Shown here one piece after another: positions 1 to 9,549 of a stretch of DNA of 64,000 bases (its first letter is position 1; each line of letters starts with the position of its first letter). The DNA comes from a virus. Its lineage: Duplodnaviria; Caudoviricetes. The position numbers and the translations under genes were made by a program. The notes under the pieces are model-generated. The model was not told where the DNA came from. It saw only the letters and a program-made list of their open reading frames with translations, and searched no databases. The DNA is taken from positions 32,001 through 96,000 of IMG/VR virus record IMGVR_UViG_3300028591_000129. One strand, 5' to 3'.

Positions 1-289
1 CTGCGTTGTACTCGATAGAGGAGTCGGGTGTTCTTGTACCAAGGATAGTACGATTTACACGTGTGTAATATGTACCCGTTGTCCAAGTAGGTGCAGAACC
101 GCCTGTTACAGGGGTGTAAGAACCGCTGGACTCTGTGTAATAAGCGGTATAGTTAGTGTCCCAATCCAAGGGCTCTGAATCCTGAAGTACATAGGACTTA
201 CCGTCTTCTGCCTGCCACTCGATTACGTGTACGAGAAGCTTTCTTTCGGCTCTTTGGTCGGGCTTTAAGTTGAACTTACTGATTGCCAT
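1..289 (-). CDS. Probable major tail protein, N-terminal part (runs off window)
   Basis: Read by hand from ATG 289: MAISKFNLKPDQRAERKLL...; SD AAGGAG; follows tail-completion genes. Confidence 0.6.
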   Translation of the reverse strand, partial: MAISKFNLKPDQRAERKLLVHVIEWQAEDGKSYVLQDSEPLDWDTNYTAYYTESSGSYTPVTGGSAPTWTTGTYYTRVNRTILGTRTPDSSIEYNA

Positions 290-291
290 TG

Positions 292-774
292 TCAATCTCC
301 TTTCACGTTCCAAATTACTTCGGAAGTATCTATATATTCTATTCTAATAGAAATGCTGTATTTCGCAAGTGCGGGCGTTGAGGAATTGTCCACACTGTTA
401 AGTATTGGTTGGTCGGTAAGCGCTTCCATTTTCTCAATATGACACTTATCTCCAAAGTCAGGGTAGTTCTCGGCTTTGTTCTGCTCTGTTATCCATTCGA
501 TAATGCTCTGTACGTCGAAAGCATATTCCATATTCTCGTCGTCGGCATTCTCGATAACAGCCCTGTGTGCAACCATTTTGTAAAAGATAAGAATGAACGT
601 ATATCTTTTCTGCACTGCACCGTCAATGAACGGTACGTTTAAAGCAACTTCAGTTGCACGTGTGTTGAACTGACTATTGTCTGCGCTCGCCTGCGCAAAG
701 TTAAAGAACAAGGGATTATCCCTGATAGCAGGACAGGTAAGTAAAAAGTTGACAACAGCTTTATTCTTATCCAT
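292..774 (-). CDS. Tail terminator/completion protein
   Basis: Position between connector genes and tail tube; 160 aa with a typical C-terminal Y-x-I-x-I-x-I-x-Y strand. Confidence 0.55.
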   Translation of the reverse strand: MDKNKAVVNFLLTCPAIRDNPLFFNFAQASADNSQFNTRATEVALNVPFIDGAVQKRYTFILIFYKMVAHRAVIENADDENMEYAFDVQSIIEWITEQNKAENYPDFGDKCHIEKMEALTDQPILNSVDNSSTPALAKYSISIRIEYIDTSEVIWNVKGD

Positions 775-1120
775 ACTTCTCTCTCGCTCTCTGCTTCAAT
801 ATCTCTTCAACACGTTTTGCATAGTTATCTTTTTCAGATACCATTGCAACCGTATCCCAATGTGACGTCGCAAGAGGGTGCTTGTCCTTGTGGTGCTTAA
901 TGTCGTCTCCGTAGTAGTTTTTCTCGGCATATGGCGCTCTGTAATGAACACCTTCAGCGTCTACTCGAATATCGTGTGCAAGTCTACCTGTATCATACGG
1001 AACGTATGGATTGATAGTGCTTGCAAATGCACCCTGTATCTTTGACTGCGTAATGTCGTCCAACAGACTATCAAGTTTGGCTTGTATTGCCTCTTCGTTA
1101 ACATAGACTGTTACCGACAT
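767..1120 (-). CDS. Minor capsid/tail-completion protein (Minor_capsid_2 / HK97 gp10-like)
   Basis: PYVPYDTGRL...Y.APYA..NYYG...HPLA...W motif. Confidence 0.75.
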   Translation of the reverse strand: MSVTVYVNEEAIQAKLDSLLDDITQSKIQGAFASTINPYVPYDTGRLAHDIRVDAEGVHYRAPYAEKNYYGDDIKHHKDKHPLATSHWDTVAMVSEKDNYAKRVEEILKQRAREKYG

Positions 1121-1121
1121 A

Positions 1122-1565
1122 TCAGATACCTCTTACTAAATAGTGCTCGTCAACTCTGCCTGCACCTGTGTTGTCTCGGTACTCGTTAATCTCGATACAC
1201 CCACGGTCACGATACTTATTGAGTAAGTCCGTAGACCGTTCTCCGCGAGTATACTCGCTTATCGTATCCTCAACTTCCCCAAGTACAAGAATATCTCCAC
1301 GTCCAAGTGTGAAGTATGTATCCTTGCTGTCCGACGCGTCCCATTCGTCTTTCGGTAGATAATCTAACGGCTGACCAACGGGAATACGACAGGTCGTGTC
1401 CTTTGTTGCAAGCACTGCGTCATTCACTCTGACTTCGTCGCCTGTGTACTTCCAAAAGCAGTTGTTAAGGGTCGTACGATACCAAGTAACTTCTCCGTTA
1501 CTCTCTGTATGCTTGTTATACAGGGTGAGCGTCTTATCCCACCAAATCGGGTATACATTACTCAT
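1122..1565 (-). CDS. Head-closure/head-tail joining protein
   Basis: Synteny; likely start MSNVYP overlapping the upstream stop; TLTLYN...WYRT...GDILVLG pattern. Confidence 0.6.
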   Translation of the reverse strand: MSNVYPIWWDKTLTLYNKHTESNGEVTWYRTTLNNCFWKYTGDEVRVNDAVLATKDTTCRIPVGQPLDYLPKDEWDASDSKDTYFTLGRGDILVLGEVEDTISEYTRGERSTDLLNKYRDRGCIEINEYRDNTGAGRVDEHYLVRGI

Positions 1566-1998
1566 TCGGGTAAAGTCCTCTAAACAGTATCTTTCTGCCA
1601 AGCTCGTTTACAACCCCGATAAGCCTGCGCTGTATGACGTCCTTAATCTCGTCATTCAATGACTTGATAGCGTCGTGCGCCGCAAGGTGGTTGTATTGTA
1701 CGGACACTCCGTCGTTAGACTGTCCTGCGAGTATGGCGTCCCCGTAACCGCCTTGTGAAGTTGACGTGTCTACTCCACCAACACCGAGTGCGTTACACCT
1801 TGTCTGAATAAGTCGAATAAGGTAGAACTCCATATCCTTGACTTTCTTCATTATGTCTTCCGTCTGCCATTCTTCCTTCTGAAGTCTGTTGAACGTGTAC
1901 CAATCAATGTAACTCTCGGCTTCATAGCCGTAAAAATCAAAGTCGAGTTCGGACAATGTACCGCCCATATCCGTATACTCTTCATATGTTAAGTACAT
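1558..1998 (-). CDS. Head-tail connector/adaptor (SPP1 gp15-like)
   Basis: MYLTYEEY..MGG...AE.YID.YTFNR...SNDGVSV.Y...LFRG family pattern. Confidence 0.75.
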   Translation of the reverse strand: MYLTYEEYTDMGGTLSELDFDFYGYEAESYIDWYTFNRLQKEEWQTEDIMKKVKDMEFYLIRLIQTRCNALGVGGVDTSTSQGGYGDAILAGQSNDGVSVQYNHLAAHDAIKSLNDEIKDVIQRRLIGVVNELGRKILFRGLYPNE

Positions 1999-2018
1999 TG
2001 TCGAACCCTCCTTTAATC

Positions 2019-2411
2019 TTATTCCTCTGTCGGCTCTGTGGTAGCCTGCTTGCGCTTACGTGTGGGCTTCGGCTCACTTGCAGGCTCGTCTGCCTTTGCA
2101 CTGATAGGCATTGACTTGAACTTATCAAGCTCTGCCTTTGCGTCCTTAAGCTTGCCCTTGAGTGAAGCAACTTCGTCATTAAGCTTGCCGATAGTTGCGT
2201 CCTTTGCCTCAAGCTCGCTCTTAAGGCTTGCGATTTCTACGTCCTGCTTCTTTACCTCTGCTGTAAGAGCATTAGTATCGTGAGGTACGCCCTTTTTGAT
2301 AAGGTTGCCGTTCATATCAGTGATTGAATATCCCTGACCAAGATAACGGTCAATATAGTCCTCGCTTATCTTAAGAAGCTTGTTTCCACGTCTTGCGTAA
2401 TATGTTGCCAT
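2019..2411 (-). CDS. Coiled-coil head-module protein, function unknown
   Basis: ORF with heptad repeats located between capsid and connector genes. Confidence 0.6.
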   Translation of the reverse strand: MATYYARRGNKLLKISEDYIDRYLGQGYSITDMNGNLIKKGVPHDTNALTAEVKKQDVEIASLKSELEAKDATIGKLNDEVASLKGKLKDAKAELDKFKSMPISAKADEPASEPKPTRKRKQATTEPTEE

Positions 2412-2429
2412 ACTGCTTACCCCCAAATA

Positions 2430-2843
2430 TTAAGAATCAAGACAAACAAGCTCACTCAAGAAGTATGTCTTTGTAACAGTGCTCACACCGTCAGTAGCAA
2501 CAATCTTGAACTTCTGATTGCCCTTGTCAGCAATCTTAAAGACGCTGTCAAGGTCGTCAAGGTGTCCAATAAGCTCTACGAGACCTGTACCCTGTGAATT
2601 CTCAAGACCAACCTTAACGGAAGTATAGGCTGTCCAATCGTCTGCCTCAAACGTTACTGCAAGGAAGTTGCCCTCGCCCCAAACGTCTGTGATAGGATTA
2701 GAACCGCTCAAGAACTTAAGAGTACCTGTGAAAGAACCGTCAAGGATAGAACTCTCACCGAGCTCTACGTCTGTCTGAATATCGCTAACGGCTACTCCGT
2801 AAACGCTCCCATCAGTCATAGCCTTTACTGTGGGAGCTGTCAA
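2430..2843 (-). CDS. Beta-rich (Ig-like/decoration) domain, probably a -1 frameshift extension of the major capsid protein
   Basis: Overlaps the capsid stop in the -1 frame directly after A AAT TTT; no clear SD before its TTG. Confidence 0.65.
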   Translation of the reverse strand: MTAPTVKAMTDGSVYGVAVSDIQTDVELGESSILDGSFTGTLKFLSGSNPITDVWGEGNFLAVTFEADDWTAYTSVKVGLENSQGTGLVELIGHLDDLDSVFKIADKGNQKFKIVATDGVSTVTKTYFLSELVCLDS

Positions 2844-3739
2844 AAATTTCCGTCAGAAATGTTGAACTGAATAGCGTCAGCCTTGTTATTGAGAATGAAT
2901 ACGTCCTCGAAGGACTCCTCGTAGTAAACCCACTTACCCTCTGAACCTGCGGAAGGCTCGTCAAGTCTTGAGAATGTGTAAGATACAGGTGTCAAGACTG
3001 CGGTGGGGTGAACAAGGAACATATTAATCTGCTTTGCACCGTCGGCTACTGCCCAACCTGTTGTGAAGTCATACAGTGTTCTCATAAGAGTTGCAGGAAC
3101 GCCAACAATCTCAACCTCGTCAAGACGAGAGACGATACGATTAAGTCTGTTCTCACCGCCCTCAAGGTCGATAGAACGAGAAATCTTATCAGCGTTCTTG
3201 AGCATTGTCCTTACTTCGTTTGTGCAGTAAAGAATTCTGCCCTGTACAGGTACTCTTTCGTTATCCATATTAAGCATAAGCTTATCAAAGATAGGGAGTA
3301 CAGTAGACTCGGAAACAGCAGTTGTGTCGGCTGTCTTACCAAGTCCTGTCCAATCACTGTAAATCTTGGAAATGCAGTAAGCGTCCATTTCAGGGAACTT
3401 CTGCTCTTCGTTCATTACACGTGTAATGTTAGCGATAGTAGCTGTGAGGTTTGTCTGCTCAATGTCCATAGGGTGTACAAGAGTAGACCACTTTCTCTCG
3501 TTCTCAAGAACCTTGGGTTCCCAGCTATTTGTGAAGTTTCTCTGTGCTGTTGCGATTGTGTCTCTGTCAGCATCAACACGACCTGTTGTCTGAATAGAAG
3601 GAATCTCGATTGTTCTTGCGTTAATCCATCTGTACAGTCTGTTGTTGGGTGTGCTGTAAAGTGCACCGAAGTTCAGGGCATAAGGGAATGCCTGTGCAAG
3701 TGCTCTTTGATACTGCTTTGCGTAATTAAGAGGTGGCAT
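2840..3739 (-). CDS. Major capsid protein
   Basis: NYA..Y...L.Q...IEIP.I...G..D..R...EEQKFPEMDAY...INMFLVHP...DVFIL.NK pattern; follows scaffold gene; SD AAGGAG before ATG 3739. Confidence 0.9.
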   Translation of the reverse strand: MPPLNYAKQYQRALAQAFPYALNFGALYSTPNNRLYRWINARTIEIPSIQTTGRVDADRDTIATAQRNFTNSWEPKVLENERKWSTLVHPMDIEQTNLTATIANITRVMNEEQKFPEMDAYCISKIYSDWTGLGKTADTTAVSESTVLPIFDKLMLNMDNERVPVQGRILYCTNEVRTMLKNADKISRSIDLEGGENRLNRIVSRLDEVEIVGVPATLMRTLYDFTTGWAVADGAKQINMFLVHPTAVLTPVSYTFSRLDEPSAGSEGKWVYYEESFEDVFILNNKADAIQFNISDGNF

Positions 3740-3766
3740 AATGTTTCTCTCCTTCAAAATAAATGT

Positions 3767-4492
3767 TTATTCGTGTGCTCTAACACCTACGAAGCCAAAA
3801 TCAAAGACGTCTCCGCCGTCGTCATTTGACGCGCCGGGTGTTGATGCAACCATTGTGGGTAACGGCTCTTGCTTTGCGGGCTCTGCGGGTGCAGGCTCGG
3901 GTGCAGGTGTCGGTTCGGGTACGGGTGCAGGGGCAGGCTCAACATAGAATGCGTCGTCATTTTCCTCTGCATACTTCGCTCTGAAGTCGTCACCGCCGAT
4001 AAGCTTATCGCCGTCCATTTGGAGACCGCGTTCAATCATTGCTTTAACGAAGTCTCTCTTTGCCGCCTTGGACGAGAACTTTTGTGTGTTCGCGTATTCC
4101 TTAACAGCAAATTCATAAGATTGCTGACGCAACTTGTCCTCTTGTGCCTTAATATCAGCCTCGTACTTTGCCTGCAAGTCAGTCATACTTGTGCTCAATT
4201 GCTCAAGCTTTACCTTGTCCTCGCCTGCCTGTTCCAACTGCTTCTTCAAGCCCTCAAGGTCTGCGTCACGTGTTGTGATAGTCCCATTCAGGTCGTTAAT
4301 CTGTGCGTTGAGTGTCTCAACCTGCTGATTAACTTTCTCAATGTCGGACTCGTACTTTGACTTGCTTACATAGTTACCGTCTTTCAGGTTAACGAACTTT
4401 ACGTCGTTTTCCTTGACGAGTGCTTCAAACTGCTCGTAAGTCAATGTACCGTTCTCTGCCTTTTCGAACAAATCCTTAATGGTTGTGCTCAT
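3767..4492 (-). CDS. Capsid scaffold protein (Phage_GP20-like)
   Basis: YVSKSKY motif followed by a long coiled coil and a Pro/Ala-rich tail; lies upstream of the capsid gene. Confidence 0.8.
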   Translation of the reverse strand: MSTTIKDLFEKAENGTLTYEQFEALVKENDVKFVNLKDGNYVSKSKYESDIEKVNQQVETLNAQINDLNGTITTRDADLEGLKKQLEQAGEDKVKLEQLSTSMTDLQAKYEADIKAQEDKLRQQSYEFAVKEYANTQKFSSKAAKRDFVKAMIERGLQMDGDKLIGGDDFRAKYAEENDDAFYVEPAPAPVPEPTPAPEPAPAEPAKQEPLPTMVASTPGASNDDGGDVFDFGFVGVRAHE

Positions 4493-4504
4493 TGTGTTTT
4501 ACCT

Positions 4505-4786
4505 CCAAAAAACAATCTTTTATATCCGCTGTATTTGTAATTCCGCAGTTGCGGGTCTGCGCTGATTGTGCAACGTTTAAACGTCCGTTGCGCGACAAAA
4601 ACACCCTGATAGTATTACTACTGCCACGGTGTCTGATATAGGTTATAAAGTTGTATAGCGAATGTCATACCCGCTCTATCCCCTATGACGCGGTTAACTG
4701 TCGTTCCTGTAAGCACCCCGAGGTGGTACTTTGTGTGTACCCCCCTCGAAGCACTTAGGAGGTACGGCAGAAAACAACACTACCAC
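4505..4786 (-). ncRNA. Candidate structured 5' leader RNA of the scaffold/capsid operon
   Basis: ~290 nt between promoter and ATG; long G-U-containing hairpin, possible H-type pseudoknot, three further hairpins. Confidence 0.55.
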
Positions 4787-4792
4787 AATGTC

Positions 4793-4821
4793 ATTATATA
4801 GTAAGAATAGTTTCGTGTAAA
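4793..4821 (-). promoter_or_regulatory. SigA-type promoter for scaffold/capsid
   Basis: TTTACA-17 bp-TATAAT. Confidence 0.75.
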
Positions 4822-4846
4822 GAGTATGAGTACCATTAATAGGACA

Positions 4847-6721
4847 TTAACTGTTCTCCGACACCTGTTCAGGTGCTTGCTCTTGAGTATCCTCACTTTG
4901 GGAAGCCTGTTGAGCTATCTTCTGAAGATTAACGGGTTGTGCCTGCTCTTGAGGATTTTCACCCTGCCCCTGTCCTTGCTCTTGTCCCTGACCGTCACGA
5001 ACCTGCTGTCCGAGTGCGGAAGACATCATCATATTGTTCTCGATAGCCTCACGCTTCTCTTCAGCAATCTTATTAAGTGCGTCCTGTGCCTGTGCTTCAG
5101 TCTCACCGAAGTACCACATACGAAGAGCAATACGGCTCTCAAGCCCCTTGTCATACAGCGCCATTCTTGTTGCAAGCTCGCTCTCTTGGTCAATGAGAAT
5201 ACTGTCGTCCCACTCAAAGGATACGTTGTACTTACCCATTTTAGAGGTATCCGCAACTCTCTTGCCGTCTTTATCCACATACTTAATATCGTCTACGATA
5301 TTGTACAGCGTGCAGTAAACGTTCATTGCGTATACAACGTCTTCAAGGGCAACCTGCAATGCGTTCTGTATCTCTCTGTTAGCCGAGAATGAACGCTGTC
5401 TTAATATCTTAATCTCCGTAGCCGTACGCGCCTCGTGTGCCACGTCAGAGATAGTACCACGGCTCATTGCACATACGTCCTCAATACGCATAAGAATGTT
5501 ATTGAGACCATTGATAAGTGACGTATCACGAAGAGACGGGGAGAACGGTCTGTATGTGTCAGATTCACCAAGGTCGATTTGTCTGTAAAGTCTCTTTTGG
5601 TGCTTCGGCATTACAGAGTTTCCACCGCCGTTATCGTTGTTCATAAACTCAAGCGCGTCACGGTCAATATCAATTGCAAGCTCACCGCCCTCAAACTCCC
5701 ATATAAGTCTTGAGTACTGTTCGTCAGCGTCTCTGATAAGGTCTCTTGCACGACCAAAACCGCTCATACCAAGCGGGGAATGAGGGTCAATGATATTTGC
5801 TTCGGGCATTTTGAAGTAACCGAAGAGCAGTCTGTCTACGTTCTTGATAGTTACCGCCTGCGGTATATCTTTCCACTCGGGGACTTCCGTTAACGGTATC
5901 TGTGCGCCCAAAGAAACATTTCCGATACTCTGATTGTCAGGCGCGTTTTTCTGCTTAAATGCGTAGTTCTCGATATGCACATTTCCACCTGTAAGCTTAT
6001 GTCTCTCAAGGCGCGTAAATGTCGTATCTCCGTCTACCTTTGTCTGTATAAATGCAACGTCACTCAAGTTGCCCGAACCGTCAAATGAGATAGGGTAGAA
6101 ACAGTCTGCCTGAATGAAATCAAACTCCATAAAGTACTTGTATGTCTCTTCCGTCTCGGTTTGTTGGTCTTTTGCGACGCCTGCTACACCGCTTACCTTG
6201 GTGCGGACAACATACGGCTTGATAATCAGGCTTCCCTTTGCGATACCATACTCAAGCTGTGCACGTATCTTTGATATGAGCTTCTTTTGATACTGCTCGT
6301 TCATATAGTCAGCACGCTTTGTGTCGCCGTCTACGGTCTCCTGCACGACGGTCTTGGACTGTCCGCTTACACGAATATTGCCGAACGCGTCAGCTTGAGG
6401 CGGGAAGTAATTAGGATTTTCCACTCTCTCGGAAGACGTAGGTGCTGTAATCTCAGATTTAAGTTCAAGCACCGCCATACGAGCTTTCTCACTCGCAATA
6501 AACGCGGGAAGTCCCATAGAAACTACTCGCGTCGGGTCGTCTAACGTAGGCTCTCTTAACCATTCAGCCTCATTTCGATACATTGCATCCCATTCTTCAA
6601 TGGCATTGACCATCTTGTCACTTACAGCAGGTGTAACGTGCAAGGTTTCCTCGATTTTTTGATTATATCCAAGCATTCTTGAGAAAAACTCCTTTATCTT
6701 ATCCCAAACAGAAGAGAACAT
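4847..6721 (-). CDS. Portal protein (SPP1 gp6/A118-like)
   Basis: YFKMP.AN.ID..SPLG.S...D.QYSRL.WE...RTATEI...WDDSI motifs; Gln-rich tail. Confidence 0.9.
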   Translation of the reverse strand: MFSSVWDKIKEFFSRMLGYNQKIEETLHVTPAVSDKMVNAIEEWDAMYRNEAEWLREPTLDDPTRVVSMGLPAFIASEKARMAVLELKSEITAPTSSERVENPNYFPPQADAFGNIRVSGQSKTVVQETVDGDTKRADYMNEQYQKKLISKIRAQLEYGIAKGSLIIKPYVVRTKVSGVAGVAKDQQTETEETYKYFMEFDFIQADCFYPISFDGSGNLSDVAFIQTKVDGDTTFTRLERHKLTGGNVHIENYAFKQKNAPDNQSIGNVSLGAQIPLTEVPEWKDIPQAVTIKNVDRLLFGYFKMPEANIIDPHSPLGMSGFGRARDLIRDADEQYSRLIWEFEGGELAIDIDRDALEFMNNDNGGGNSVMPKHQKRLYRQIDLGESDTYRPFSPSLRDTSLINGLNNILMRIEDVCAMSRGTISDVAHEARTATEIKILRQRSFSANREIQNALQVALEDVVYAMNVYCTLYNIVDDIKYVDKDGKRVADTSKMGKYNVSFEWDDSILIDQESELATRMALYDKGLESRIALRMWYFGETEAQAQDALNKIAEEKREAIENNMMMSSALGQQVRDGQGQEQGQGQGENPQEQAQPVNLQKIAQQASQSEDTQEQAPEQVSENS

Positions 6722-6784
6722 TTAAGCGCTCCTATCAATAAAATTGACTGTTATACGAGTGACGTCGTTGTTCATACGGAGAAA

Positions 6785-6828
6785 CCCCCTATAAATAACA
6801 TTTTACACAATGTTTATAGGGGTTGCAA
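6785..6828 (-). promoter_or_regulatory. Portal promoter embedded in an inverted repeat
   Basis: TTGCAA-17 bp-TAAAAT inside CCCCTATAAA...TTTATAGGGG. Confidence 0.55.
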
Positions 6829-6862
6829 CCGACCATATTGGAAGTTTTCTCGTCTCCCTGCG

Positions 6863-7099
6863 TCAATAATCGACTATCATTATCCGTATGAACGGTTCTC
6901 CTTTGTCGTCCTTGTCTGACGATATACCAAAGACTTTCTTATCCATAAGGGCTTCGATAACGGTAGCGTCATACGCGTTAGCACCGTCCACGTATGTCAC
7001 AAAGGTTAACGTGTCCCCTGACCGTGCACTCACTAACTGTATACGCTCAAACTGACTGATTACTTTCGGAATTAGGTTCTTCAGTTTCATTGTGCTCAC
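6863..7099 (-). CDS. Hypothetical protein
   Basis: ORF with SD, in operon orientation. Confidence 0.55.
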   Translation of the reverse strand: MSTMKLKNLIPKVISQFERIQLVSARSGDTLTFVTYVDGANAYDATVIEALMDKKVFGISSDKDDKGEPFIRIMIVDY

Positions 7100-7108
7100 C
7101 GCCTACCC

Positions 7109-7735
7109 TCAACGTCTTATCGGCAGGCACATAGCGTGTCTGTCGTCTTTACCGTGAAAAAACAGTGGCTTGGTATTGTCCGCTAAGTCAATGACTATTT
7201 CCGTAGCTCCTGTGAAATCAAGACACACTTTGAGATACTTGGGATTGATTAACTCAACAAAGCCGTTCTCTCCTGTAAGCTTAAACGGCTCACGAAGATA
7301 CTTGGGCTTGCCCGCTTCCGTCTTAATAAACAGCATAAGCTCCTTTTTGAACTCGTCAGTTACAGGGATAGTACCCCTGTTCTGATAATTAACTTCGATA
7401 ATCTTACGCCAATTCAATGTGCAACTCTCGTCAGCAACGTCAAACCCAAAATCAATAGGTGACCACGCAAGCTTGTATCCGTCGCAATAACCATAATACT
7501 TGACCCCGTCAATCTCCTGCACATTAGCCTTGGTAAGATTAGGGCGTACAAGGTCTTTACGGATAAACTGCTTAACAGCGTTTCTGATAACGGGCTTTCT
7601 TCCTGCTTCCTTTTCCGCTTCCTTGGCAAGTTCTTCCTTGACCATTCCAAGCAACTCTGAATAGACAGGTTCGAGAATAGCGCCCTTGTTTTCCGTGATA
7701 ATCTGATAAAGTTTTCTCGTATTCATATCATTCAT
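7109..7735 (-). CDS. Hypothetical protein with a clamp-like C-terminal pattern
   Basis: INPKYL...KPL.F.....AMCLPIR resembles the beta-clamp C-terminus. Confidence 0.4.
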   Translation of the reverse strand: MNDMNTRKLYQIITENKGAILEPVYSELLGMVKEELAKEAEKEAGRKPVIRNAVKQFIRKDLVRPNLTKANVQEIDGVKYYGYCDGYKLAWSPIDFGFDVADESCTLNWRKIIEVNYQNRGTIPVTDEFKKELMLFIKTEAGKPKYLREPFKLTGENGFVELINPKYLKVCLDFTGATEIVIDLADNTKPLFFHGKDDRHAMCLPIRR

Positions 7736-8114
7736 TCTCCTTGATTAAAATGTCATACTCTCTCGGGTGCACGTTGATAGCTTCTCTTACGCAATGCACC
7801 ACGTATACCGCAGGACGGTCAACTCTTGTGAGTGTCTCAACTGACACAACCTTGTCCCTTCCCATATCATTTGACCCGCGAATTAACTGATTTACGAATT
7901 CAAGTACTGTCGGATTTTCCATATCAGTCTTCCCCCTTTTATGATTATTCCTTGACAAACTGCTTACCGTTGATTGTAACTATAAGCCCGTCTTCCCGCA
8001 TTGCGTTGATATACGCATTAACCCAATCTTTAGGTGTCTCTCCGTCTTCCAAATCGACTACGGTCTTTGCATATACAAGCATTTCCTTTTTGAATTGTGT
8101 CAATGTCTGCATTT

Positions 8115-8408
8115 TCAGTCTTCCCCCTGTGCTAACGCTTCAAGTATTCCCTCACAGAACTCGTCAATGAAGTGGATGCCCTCTTCAGTGCCCTCTCCAT
8201 ACTTCGTGACGTTCGGGAAGTCTCCTGTACCCTCAAGGTACATAATGACCAAGCCGTCCTCGTCAAAGATAATGCTGTCCTTGGACTTTGCAGTCGTGTT
8301 CTGAAGAGCCCAAAGGCGCAACATAGCATTTCCAAGACCACTCAATGTCTTGTCAATTTTGCCTGTCTTTCTGTTAAACCTTACGCAATAAGTCTTCTTA
8401 AGTTCCAT
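8115..8408 (-). CDS. Hypothetical protein in a promoter-ACTCATA cassette
   Basis: MELKK start after ACTCATACAAAGGAG. Confidence 0.6.
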   Translation of the reverse strand: MELKKTYCVRFNRKTGKIDKTLSGLGNAMLRLWALQNTTAKSKDSIIFDEDGLVIMYLEGTGDFPNVTKYGEGTEEGIHFIDEFCEGILEALAQGED

Positions 8409-8473
8409 TTTAGTTTCTCCTTTGTATGAGTTTTTGATTTGTACCCTTATGGTATCACGGTAGTAATTACTTG

Positions 8474-9321
8474 TCAAGCGACATTTTCTACCCACTTGAA
8501 TTCACCCCGCTCGTAGAAATATGGCTGATGGGTAAGCTCCCATTTCATTGTGACCATATAGGCGGTATATCCGTTAGCCATAAGCCCGATAGCCACGTCC
8601 TCTGCCATATCCTTGCTGAATGCCTTGGGGCTCTTTTCCTTATCCCACTCGGCGTTATGCTTGGGCAGAATATCTGTTACGAACACTGCACCGTATGCGG
8701 TGCAAACCAACACGTAATAATAGTTCTTCTTTGCCATTGTCTTACTCTCCTTTATGTGTACTTACATTCCTTAAGCTGTCTGATATTCCAACGGATATTC
8801 TTGGCTTCGTTCTTGGCGTACTTAAGCTCACGCTTCCAATACACTTTCCACTCTTCGTCAGTCTCGACAGCAAGCACTTCCTCGTACCTCTTAATGTCTC
8901 TCTTCCAAATGGCAAGGATTTCTTTCTGCTTGTCAATCTGTCTGTCGACGTCTTCGTTCCAAATAACCTGCGCTTCAGTCAGGTCGTTATTTACGAGCTT
9001 CTTACCGTACTCGTAAATCTTATCCTTGGGTATGTCAGAATTCATATACATAACCTCAAGGTCTTTGAATACCTGAAAATTCTGTGCAGTGTCTCTGCAA
9101 CCCGTACCTGCAATAAATTCTTCGTATAACATTGATTACACCCCCTCACGTTTAACTGAAATTACCTTGTACTTGTCTTCGTGCTCGTGCAAAATCCGCA
9201 CGACACGGTGATAATCCTCATATGTGTATGACGTGTGCTCTCGCGCATATCCGCCAAAGGGCTCTTTGTACAGCCACACATATCTAATCGTGATAGGCTT
9301 GCGCATTTTCTTTTCTTCCAT
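8474..9321 (-). other. Three small hypothetical genes (9136-9321, 8752-9132, 8474-8737) in one ACTCATA-led unit
   Basis: ORF track; TTGACA promoter near 9389 and ACTCATA at 9338. Confidence 0.6.
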
Positions 9322-9427
9322 ATCTGTTTCTCCTTTCTATGAGTTTCTATTTGCACTTATAAGGTAACATAGTAAGTATAGTTTGTCAAGCATAAATTTA
9401 GGACAGCTTTTGACTGCCCTAAAAGTC

Positions 9428-9544
9428 TTACTTTTTCTTTTTGCTTTCCTTGTACTTCTTAATCTCGCTCGGCTTGGGCGCAGGGCGCTTCTTTACGAGT
9501 TTTACAGGGTTAAGCAGGTCTCGATTTTCGATTCTCTTTGTCAT
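9428..9544 (-). CDS. 38-aa Lys-rich peptide following the JAB gene
   Basis: MTKRIENRDLLNPVKLVKKRPAPK...; SD GAGGTG. Confidence 0.6.
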   Translation of the reverse strand: MTKRIENRDLLNPVKLVKKRPAPKPSEIKKYKESKKKK

Positions 9545-9549
9545 TTTAA

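Noticed and set aside
4961-4990. KOPS-like CCCTGCCC within the portal gene
   Set aside because: Explained by Gln-Gly codon repeats in the low-complexity tail.
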